Positions 27,843 to 36,600 of a stretch of DNA of 43,799 nucleotides are shown here, piece after piece. Each line of letters opens with the position of its first letter. Position 1 is the first letter of the stretch. The stretch is from a virus. Lineage: Duplodnaviria > Caudoviricetes. The translations under genes and the position numbers were made by a program. The stretch is from IMG/VR virus record IMGVR_UViG_3300016476_000200, positions 1-43,799 of that record; one strand, written 5' to 3'. The notes under the pieces were generated by a model. It had not been told where the DNA came from and did no database searches. It was given only the letters and a program-made list of their open reading frames with translations.

Positions 27843-30509
27843 ATGTACAACAACGACCCGAAATTCATGAATCCCCCCGAGGCGGGTCTAGCCTCCCTTC
27901 TGGCCTCCCGTGGTCGGAACGGGGATTCCGTGTTGGTTCACATGGCTCCCGAAGAGGTTCAGGGCTTACAGAAACTTGCCTTGGCCCACGGTGGTAGCCT
28001 AACGATTAACCCGGAAACGGGTCTTTACGAAGCCTCGTTTCTCAAGAAACTGCTCCCCACGATTGCCGGTGCGATCCTTAACACCGTGGCTCCCGGTATC
28101 GGCGGGACTATTGGCAAGTTCTTTGGTCTTTCTGGTGCCGCTGCTAGCACTTTGGGCACCGGACTTCTTGTCGGCGGTGCGACAGCCCTGATTGAGGGCG
28201 ACCTGAAGAAGGGCTTGATGGCGGGTCTTGGGGCGTATGGCGGTGCGAACCTCGCACAATCGTTGCAGGCTGCAGCCGCAGCGCCTGTTGCACCTTCGGC
28301 TGAAGAAGTAGTCAAGGCGGCGGAAGCCACCGATGCGGCCAAGAGTATTGTCGGTGCGGGTGAAGGCGCGGTAATGAACCCATCTGTACCGGCTGATTTA
28401 ATGGGGCCACCTGATGTGGCCTCCGGTATGGGGGGAAGTTTTACAAGACCCTCTTTAGGTGGCGCACAGTTTGACAAGGCTGGCAACTTAATAATGTCGG
28501 AAGCCTTGAGTAAGCCGACTTCTGTAAGCGGTTTGCCGGGGATACTAGAGGGTGGGAAAAGTCTTCTTACCAATCCCAACGCTCGTGGTGCGTTTATGCA
28601 GGGGTTGGGTGGCGGCTTTGAGTCCCCGATGGCTCAGAACTTGTCCCGCTATGCCACCTTTGCTGGCGTGGCCGATGCCTTTACGCCTGAATATGAAATG
28701 CCAAGTGGGGAGGAAGAAGGCGCTTCGGTTTACATACCCGGTGCCGTTAACCCCATGTACGGTTATGGCGGTCAGTATTCCTATTTCTTGCCGGGACAGT
28801 ATTACAAGAGAACCAAACAAGGACTTGTTCCATACAATCCTTACGCGATGGCACCGGGGGTTCGCAGCGCCGCTGGCGGCGGTTTGATGCAAGTACTTGG
28901 TCAACAGCGATCTATACCGCAGCCCTCGCAGCCTTATCCGTATCCCAATCAGAACTACCCACTCTCCACGGTAGCGCAGACTAATTACTCTGCAAATTCT
29001 CCGCAGGGTCGAGAGATTCTGAGTGGCTACGATGCCAAGATTGATCCATTTACCGGGGAAGAGAAGTTTGCAGATGGTGGCGAAGTAGGTGTGGCTCCTC
29101 CTAAAGGACCGCCGCTCGTAACGCTTCCGGTGGAACCGCCCGTTGGCCCACCACCTGTAATTCTACCGCCTGATAATCCGTTTGATCCGGCGCGACAGCG
29201 ATATATAGACATGATCAATGCGCCGCCCAAGCCTCCGGTTGATACGAAGGCCGCTATGGATTACGTGGCGGATCTAAATCGTCGCGCCAAGAATCCTGAG
29301 TTTATTGCGTTCCCGCCGGGTGGAATTGGTGGTGGCACGGGTGGAGATCCGAATAAACCGCCTCCGGATAAACCTGATCCTGATTGTCAGGCAGGGTACA
29401 CGTATGACCGTGCTGCAGGCGCGTGCGTGCCTATTGGTTCTGTTACAAATCCCCCCGCTCCCCCACCAAGCCCACCGGGTCCGCCGGGGACTACCATCAC
29501 GCCGCCACCGGGTCCGGCTAAACCACCTGCTAAAAAGGACGAGCCTAAAAAGGACGAGCCTGTAAAAACAGGTGAAGAAGGTGACGAAGATAAAGGTCTC
29601 TTAGACAAACTGACGGACTATGGTACGCAAGCCCTAATCAACATGGGTTTGTCCTCTATCAATCCGTACCTTGGCCTTGCATATTCAGCCTATCGGATGT
29701 TCCCGAAGAAGACGCAAAATCAAATTAAAAAGTATTTTGGTCTAAGGGTAACGGACGAGGCTGGCAACCCAATACCGGATCTGACTGATGAAGAAAAAGC
29801 CTCTACTGAAGAGATGCTTCAGCAGATGTATAGAGACGCAGCAGCCGCAGGTGAAACTACTCCCAATAAACCGGGCAGTGGTGGCGTAGGCATTCCGGGT
29901 GGAACCGGAGGCAGTGGGCGTCCAACCGGAGGCAATCCTGCATTTAGAGCGCCGGGTTCAGGTCGAGTTACGGTTGTTGGTAATGATGGTAGAACCTACT
30001 ATCAAAGATCAGATGGTACCTACGAGGACGAAGATGGTAATCCGGTAGATGAAGACGGGATGCCTATTCAAGATACTCGCGTTGGTCCGATGTATGGTGG
30101 CGGTCGAGTTCGCGCTATGCAGGCCGGTGGCATGACTGCACCTCCGATGCCTATGCCTCCTCCGAATAATCCGTATGGCGCTGCTGTCGGTGAAGACTAT
30201 AACTTTGGTTTCTCAGGTGGTGGCGCAATGCCAACTGAGTACTTGGCTGGCGGCAAACTGCTTGAAGGCGAAGGCGATGGAATGTCTGATGATATCCCTG
30301 CCGTGATTCGCGGTAAGGGTGTACAACGTGCTGCATTGGCTGACGGCGAGTTCGTCGTACCGGCTGATGTTGTATCGCATCTCGGTAATGGCTCCACCAA
30401 AGCAGGAGCCAAGAAACTTTACGCAATGATGGATCGGATACGTGAGGCTCGCACGGGTAGGACTAGACAATCCCCCGCTGTAAATGCCAATAAGTATCTG
30501 CCTGCTTAA
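27843..30509 (+). CDS. Internal virion / ejection protein 1 (888 aa, modular, six [AFMY]xxGG motifs)
   Basis: N-domain GRNGDSVLVH ... INPETGL; Gly/Ala hydrophobic stretch; Pro-rich linker; C-domain GDGMSDDIPA ... LADGEFVVPADVV. Confidence 0.7.
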   Translation: MYNNDPKFMNPPEAGLASLLASRGRNGDSVLVHMAPEEVQGLQKLALAHGGSLTINPETGLYEASFLKKLLPTIAGAILNTVAPGIGGTIGKFFGLSGAAASTLGTGLLVGGATALIEGDLKKGLMAGLGAYGGANLAQSLQAAAAAPVAPSAEEVVKAAEATDAAKSIVGAGEGAVMNPSVPADLMGPPDVASGMGGSFTRPSLGGAQFDKAGNLIMSEALSKPTSVSGLPGILEGGKSLLTNPNARGAFMQGLGGGFESPMAQNLSRYATFAGVADAFTPEYEMPSGEEEGASVYIPGAVNPMYGYGGQYSYFLPGQYYKRTKQGLVPYNPYAMAPGVRSAAGGGLMQVLGQQRSIPQPSQPYPYPNQNYPLSTVAQTNYSANSPQGREILSGYDAKIDPFTGEEKFADGGEVGVAPPKGPPLVTLPVEPPVGPPPVILPPDNPFDPARQRYIDMINAPPKPPVDTKAAMDYVADLNRRAKNPEFIAFPPGGIGGGTGGDPNKPPPDKPDPDCQAGYTYDRAAGACVPIGSVTNPPAPPPSPPGPPGTTITPPPGPAKPPAKKDEPKKDEPVKTGEEGDEDKGLLDKLTDYGTQALINMGLSSINPYLGLAYSAYRMFPKKTQNQIKKYFGLRVTDEAGNPIPDLTDEEKASTEEMLQQMYRDAAAAGETTPNKPGSGGVGIPGGTGGSGRPTGGNPAFRAPGSGRVTVVGNDGRTYYQRSDGTYEDEDGNPVDEDGMPIQDTRVGPMYGGGRVRAMQAGGMTAPPMPMPPPNNPYGAAVGEDYNFGFSGGGAMPTEYLAGGKLLEGEGDGMSDDIPAVIRGKGVQRAALADGEFVVPADVVSHLGNGSTKAGAKKLYAMMDRIREARTGRTRQSPAVNANKYLPA

Positions 30510-30521
30510 TCGGGAGCGATC

Positions 30522-32024
30522 ATGGCTGAACCTACTGAACAAATACAAACCAGCATTCCTAGTTGGCTTAAAGACCCTATCCTTAAACTGATAGGGCAGG
30601 CTGACGTTCTATCCCAACGGGGTTATCAACCCTACGCCCGGCCTAGACTAGATAAAGAAGGCAAGCCGGTATTGGATGCTCAGGGCAAGCCAATACTTGA
30701 TCCTATTCAGCGCGTTGAAGGGTTTAATCCGCTTCAAGAACAAGCGTTCCGAAGAATTTCTGGAATGCAAACTGCGGATCAACTTAATAGAGCCACGGGG
30801 CTTGCGGGGCTTGCTGGTTTAGATGCATCAAGGCTTTCTCAATACGATCCCGCCGCTGCTCAGAACTTTTATGAATCTCCGAAGTTTGAGCGAGGAACAG
30901 TTGATTTTGAACGTGTTGGTGCTCGTCCAGATACTCAATACCAGATGGCTGCTCCGGAGCGCGTAGGTATTGGCTCATTGCAGCAGTACCAGATGGGTCC
31001 GGCTGAGCGTATTGGCGCTGAGCGTTTCGGTATTGGTGCGATGCAGGAGTACATGTCGCCCTACATGCAGGGCGTCGTTGAGCGGCAGAAGCAGGCCGCA
31101 GTCAAAGACTATGCTCGCCAGATTCCTGCTTTGCAGGCGGCAGGTGTTCGTGCCGGTGCCCGAGGCGGTACTCGTGAGGCTCTTCTGCAATCCGAAGCCC
31201 GTCGTAATTTGACGGAACAGTTGGGTAACATTGAAGCGCAGGGCTTGCAGCAGGCTTATCAGCAAGCGGCGTCACAGTTCGGCCAAGACCGTGCTGCTCA
31301 GATGCAGGCTGCTTTGGCTAATCAACAGGCTGGACTCACCACAGGTCAGCAGAATCTGGCCGCGCTTCTTGGCGTGCAACAGTTGGGCACTCAGTCAGGG
31401 CTTCAAGCGGCTTTGGCTAACCAACAGGCTGGACTTACGACGGGGCAACAGAACCTTCAGGCTCTCATCAACCAGTCGCAGTTTGGTGCGGGTCAGGGCT
31501 TGCAAGCGCAGCAACTTAATCAGGCTGCACAACTTCAGGCTCAGCAACAAGCTCTGGCTCAGTTGGCTCAAGCCAATCAGTTCAGTCAGCAGAACGCAGC
31601 GCAGCGTGCTCAGTATGGTCTGGCCGGTGCAAACCTTGCCGAGCAGTCACGTCAATTCGGGGCTGGCCTTGGTATGCAGGGGCTTCAGCAGCAGTTGGCT
31701 GCAGCGGGCATGTTGGGTAACTTGGGTCAGCAGCAATATCAGCAAGAGATGGGTATCAACGCTGCTCAACTTGGCGCTGGCGGTCAGCAGCAGGCTCTCG
31801 GCCAAGAGTTGCTTAATACACAGTACCAAGACTTCCTCAATCAACAGCGACTGCCATATCAACAGATGGAGTTCATGTCGGGTATCCTGCGTGGACTCCC
31901 GGCGACCGGCCAGACGCAGACGATGTATCAACAGCCGGGTAGTTTGTTTGGACAGATTGCTGGCGTAGGATTGGGACTTGGTAGCTTGTTTGGTGGACTT
32001 GGTACCACCACGGGAGGCAAGTAA
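30522..32024 (+). CDS. Internal virion / DNA-pilot-like ejection protein 2 (Q/A/G-rich)
   Basis: Repeats of QAALANQQAGLTTGQQNL; C-terminal hydrophobic glycine zipper. Confidence 0.7.
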   Translation: MAEPTEQIQTSIPSWLKDPILKLIGQADVLSQRGYQPYARPRLDKEGKPVLDAQGKPILDPIQRVEGFNPLQEQAFRRISGMQTADQLNRATGLAGLAGLDASRLSQYDPAAAQNFYESPKFERGTVDFERVGARPDTQYQMAAPERVGIGSLQQYQMGPAERIGAERFGIGAMQEYMSPYMQGVVERQKQAAVKDYARQIPALQAAGVRAGARGGTREALLQSEARRNLTEQLGNIEAQGLQQAYQQAASQFGQDRAAQMQAALANQQAGLTTGQQNLAALLGVQQLGTQSGLQAALANQQAGLTTGQQNLQALINQSQFGAGQGLQAQQLNQAAQLQAQQQALAQLAQANQFSQQNAAQRAQYGLAGANLAEQSRQFGAGLGMQGLQQQLAAAGMLGNLGQQQYQQEMGINAAQLGAGGQQQALGQELLNTQYQDFLNQQRLPYQQMEFMSGILRGLPATGQTQTMYQQPGSLFGQIAGVGLGLGSLFGGLGTTTGGK

Positions 32025-33655
32025 TGTTCGGTCCAGTTAGCGGCACAGGTCGTGCGATGATGGCCTCGCTTCAGCAGGCCATGCAGAAAGGTATGCCCCC
32101 TGATCAGGCTATTCAGTACGTAAAGAGTATGGCGACCCAAGGGGTTGCACCTATGGCGGATCTGTACGCCATGATGAATCAGTTCCAACGACTGAAACAG
32201 CAACAGGTCAAGCCGCCGCAGACTCCGCCGACCATTCGTGATCAGTTGAACATACTGGATCAACAGCAGCAGATGCAGCGTGATACCACCGACCGCAGCG
32301 GTGGGCTTGGGAGTCTTGGTGGCCCAACTAGCTACGCTGGTCAACAAGAAGCTCAACCGATGGATCGTGGTCTTGGCGCTATCGACGCTGGCCGTATGGA
32401 GTATCCGCAGTTTGCCGGTGGCGGCATTGTTGCGTTTAGTAATGGTGGAACAAGCAACACCGAGGGTTTGACACCGCAAGAAGAACAAGAGTTGGCTGCT
32501 CTTGAAGGGCTTGAGCGAGAAAGCATGGCTCCATTTGCGCCCGGTGCAGGCAAAAGAGAATTTGGTCCGTCTATTCCAGAAGGCGGCGTGGTTAGTCTGT
32601 ATCAAAATAGAAAAGCCAGATTGCAAGAATTGCGTGCTAAGCAAGCTATTGCCAGAGAAGCCGAAAGAAAACTTGCTAGAGAGCGGGCTGTTGCTGAGGA
32701 GGCTAGACGAAGAGGAATTACTCTTCCGTCTACGGCTGCTGCTCCAACGACCCCCTCTGCTACTGCACTGCCCCCTGCAGGGGCTGCTCCTACCACTGCT
32801 ACGGGGGCTCCTACGGCTACCGCGCCTACTGGCGCTCCCGGTCTGGCTCCGGTCAATTACGATACGTTTGGTAAGTACCGAACTGAAGCAGAACGTCTTC
32901 GTGCGGGTGCTCAAGGCGAGGCTGACCTCACTGCCATGCAGCGTGCTTCACAGATGCAGAAAGATCTTGAAGCGATGGGTATTGGTGAAGCCACTCGTAA
33001 GCGTGGCGAATATCTGACTAAGCGCGAAGCGGAAGCAGAGAAGGATCTGGCAAGTGACAAGCGAATGGCGCTTGCTCAGGCTGGTTTTGCTATGGCCGAG
33101 GCCGCATCACGCCGTGGCCGTGAGCGTACTGGGTTCTTGGGCGCTGCCGCTATTGGCGGTACGACGGGCACCAAGTTGTATCAGGCGGCTCTTAAAGAGA
33201 ATCGTGCGCTTAAGGACAGCATTGCTCAAAATCGGTTTGCCCTTGAGCAGGCACAAGAGATGATTAAGATTGGTAACTACCGTGATGGTGTTACTCAGGC
33301 TCGTCAGGCCAAGGACAACTTGGCTAACCTTAATCAGGCGCTTGCTACGAACGAACTTGGTATTTCTAAACTTGTCACTGAGCAGCGGGCGGCTGATCGC
33401 AGACTTGGCGTTCAGACCGGGCTTGAGAAAGAACGTATTGCCGCTGATAAAGCCTCCAGAGAAAGACAGGCTGCGATTGAAGAGCAGTATCGTAAAGACC
33501 TTATTGGTCTTAAACGCGGCGAACTTAATGAGAAACAGCTTGCTAGAATTGCTCTCATTCCCGACAAGGAAGAACGTGAGAAGCAGTTGCTTGCTGTGCT
33601 TGGCGGTATAGCTGGCGGGGAAGACGTAGAAGATCTGGTTGCAAGATACAAATAA
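32024..33655 (+). CDS. Internal virion / ejection protein 3 (coiled-coil)
   Basis: FAGGGIVAFSNGG motif, long helices, and position in the ejection cluster. Confidence 0.7.
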   Translation: MFGPVSGTGRAMMASLQQAMQKGMPPDQAIQYVKSMATQGVAPMADLYAMMNQFQRLKQQQVKPPQTPPTIRDQLNILDQQQQMQRDTTDRSGGLGSLGGPTSYAGQQEAQPMDRGLGAIDAGRMEYPQFAGGGIVAFSNGGTSNTEGLTPQEEQELAALEGLERESMAPFAPGAGKREFGPSIPEGGVVSLYQNRKARLQELRAKQAIAREAERKLARERAVAEEARRRGITLPSTAAAPTTPSATALPPAGAAPTTATGAPTATAPTGAPGLAPVNYDTFGKYRTEAERLRAGAQGEADLTAMQRASQMQKDLEAMGIGEATRKRGEYLTKREAEAEKDLASDKRMALAQAGFAMAEAASRRGRERTGFLGAAAIGGTTGTKLYQAALKENRALKDSIAQNRFALEQAQEMIKIGNYRDGVTQARQAKDNLANLNQALATNELGISKLVTEQRAADRRLGVQTGLEKERIAADKASRERQAAIEEQYRKDLIGLKRGELNEKQLARIALIPDKEEREKQLLAVLGGIAGGEDVEDLVARYK

Positions 33656-33665
33656 CGGTGACTAA

Positions 33666-36600
33666 GTGGCTACACTTAATGATATTGCTTCCGCTTTGCG
33701 TAAGGCTGATGCAGCGGGAGACACTGAAGCCGCTAGACGTTTAGCCAGAGCATACCGGGACCAAAAGTCACAACTGCTCAGTATGTTTGAACCCCCCAAG
33801 GAACAGGCGGGGTTCCTTGGTTCTTTTAGAGAAGCCGTTACTACACTTGGTTTGACAGACGAAGCGGCAGAATATGCTGCTAATCCAACGGCAGAAAACC
33901 GCGAAGCGTTTCTTAAAAAGGCTGAGTCCAAGTACAAATCTGTAGGTGGATTTGGCAAGGGCGAGAATTGGGAAGCCTTCAAAGAACTGCTTGGCGGTTC
34001 GTTAGGTGCGCTTGTAGCTCCGATTGGCGCTGCCGTTGTTGGCGGTGGTTTGCCCGGTTTTGCTGCGGCTAGTGCCGGTCAGTACGGTATCCAGAACCTA
34101 CGCCGTCAGGCTGAAGAACAGCAGGCTGCTGCCGAAGCAGGCGAGGTTGTACCAGAACTATCTTTAGGTAAGGCCGCTGCCGCTGCGGGCGCTTCCACTG
34201 CACTTGACGTTGTTCCCGGTGCGTTGATTCTTAAGGGACTTAGTAAGTTCCCCATCGCTAGAGGCTTGTTGTCTGAAGACGCTACGTCTAGCAAAGCCGC
34301 ACAAGTTTTAATTGATGCATTCAAAAACGAGAATCTGTCCCTTAAAGGCAACATAGTTAAGGGCGTCGGTCTTGGCGTTGCATTTGAAGTTCCACAAGAA
34401 ATTGCTCAGCAAGCCTTGGAACGATGGCAGGCAGGTCTGCCGTTAGACGATGCAGAAGCAAAGGAAGAATTTAAACAGGCCGCAATCGGCGCTGCCGTAC
34501 TTGGCGGTGGATTTGGTGCGATTGGTGGGGCGGGTACGTATCGTGGCGTGCAGGCAGAAAAAGCCAAAGCAGCCGCTGAGCAAGAGCGCGAACGTACAGA
34601 AATTGAGCAGAGTATTTTTGGTGCGCCACTACCTTCTGATGTTGGTGTACCCGCTGACTTCTATGCAGCCGATGAAGAACGTCGTGGGCGTGAGTTAGAA
34701 GAAAGCATCTTTGGGGCTATTCCAACTGATACCGGCATTCCTGCTGATATGTTGGAGACTGAGGCTCAACGAGAAGCCCGTCTTGAGCGCGAAGCAATTC
34801 AGGCTTATGAACGTGAGCAACTAGAAAAAGCCGAGCCGGAAGAATTACTGCGTGGTCAATACAGTGCTCGTACGTTGCGTGAAGCAGCGGAGGCAGAAGC
34901 ACTTGCACCTCGTGAAGAAGACGAGGGGGCTCCATACATACCACCTGCACAAGTTACGGATGAGGGAGAAGTTGAAGCTGTAGCTCCGCCCGCTCCGTTT
35001 ACTGAAGGAGTCATGGAAGGTCTGGGTGCACCTACAGAAGGTGGTATCCCTGCGGAAATGCTCGCGCCTACTCCTCGTGAAATTGCGCTTGAAGTTATTA
35101 AAACGACTCCTACTATTAAGGCAGTTGCAGACGCCACGGGATTGAATCAACCTCAAGCCGCTGGATTGATGCGGCAATTTGTTGACGAGGGTCTGCTTGA
35201 GCGAAAAGGCAGTAAATTTAAAACCGTTACTCCCGCACCTGCCGTTGAGCCGGAGGCTACCGATGTACCAAGCGCAACAGTTGCTACTACAGAGACTGAC
35301 GGTGGAGCAGGTCGAGGAGGCGCTGATCTGTTTACATTGGGACCGCCAGCCGGAGAACTTGGTGCTCCGCCAACTGGAGGCGCAGGACTGGCTGCTACTG
35401 GCGACGTTACTGAACGGGTTGATGACCGAGAAAGAGATGTATCCCCTACACTAGAGGCTGATCTTGAAAGCCTTGGTCTTGAAAGTGCACCGACCGAAAC
35501 CGGTCTACCACCTCGTAAACTTGAAGCCTACCTTGCTGAAAGGCAGAAAGTCCGTGATCTAAAAGATCGTGCCGTTGCCTTCATCCGTGAGACTGGTAAG
35601 GGTTCAGCCACAGAACTTCAGGCGGCGCTTGGTATCCCACTTACCCAAGCCAAGGCACTGCGTAGTGCGTTACTTGGTAGCGGTCAGGTAGTACAGAAGA
35701 CCAACGTCAAAGCTGCAAAAACTGCTGGTCGCAGTTATTTCGTCGTTGAAGGGGATTACACACCATCTGGTAAGTTTGCTCCCCGCGAGGCTGCTGCAAC
35801 TGAAGCACGCCAAGAACCTGTTGCAGAGACAGGTCTTGAAGACCTTGGTCTTGAAGGCGCACCCGCCGAGACTGGTCTGCCCCCCGAGATGCTCGACAGA
35901 TACTTTGCTGAGCAACGTCTTGAAGAGGCGCGGCAGCGTGCCACAGGTAAATTGCGTGGCGAAGGTGTTGAGTCCGAGGCTGAACGTATTCAGCGTGAGG
36001 CTGATAAGGCTGCTGAAATAACGGACGCCATTCCTCGTGAACTGCCTCCCACCTTGAAGCCTGAGATTGGTAAAGGGGAGTATGGTCTACGCTACAAGGA
36101 CGCGCAGGGCAACACTGTTTACCGTGCGTATGAGTCAACGGGGCAGCGTAGCGAGGCGCGTGCCAATTTAGCCAAGGAAGGCAATAAAGACTTTGGCACG
36201 TTCTCTCGTATGGCAGAAATTGCCAAGTTTGAACTTGATTACATAAAGCGTCAGGCGATGCCCGCCATGACCAAACCGCAAGTTCAACGTGCTGTCCAGA
36301 ACATTAAAGCCGGCATGTCTAAGCTTAAAACACAGCTTGGATTGTTTACGGAAGAAGAAGCCCCAACACCTAAAAAAGCGGTGCCTAAACGCGTTTCAAG
36401 AAAAGAAGTAGTTGATTACGCCAAGAATGTCATAACGCTTGCCCGCGACTCAGGAAAGCTCAAGAAATACGCCAAGCGTATTCAGGGGGTGCTTGATTCT
36501 GTTCAGCGCGGTGACACTGACCTACGCACAGACTACAAAACGCTTCAACGTATTGAAGATAGTATTACTAAGGCTGAAGCACAGTTGGGCGAAGCCACTC

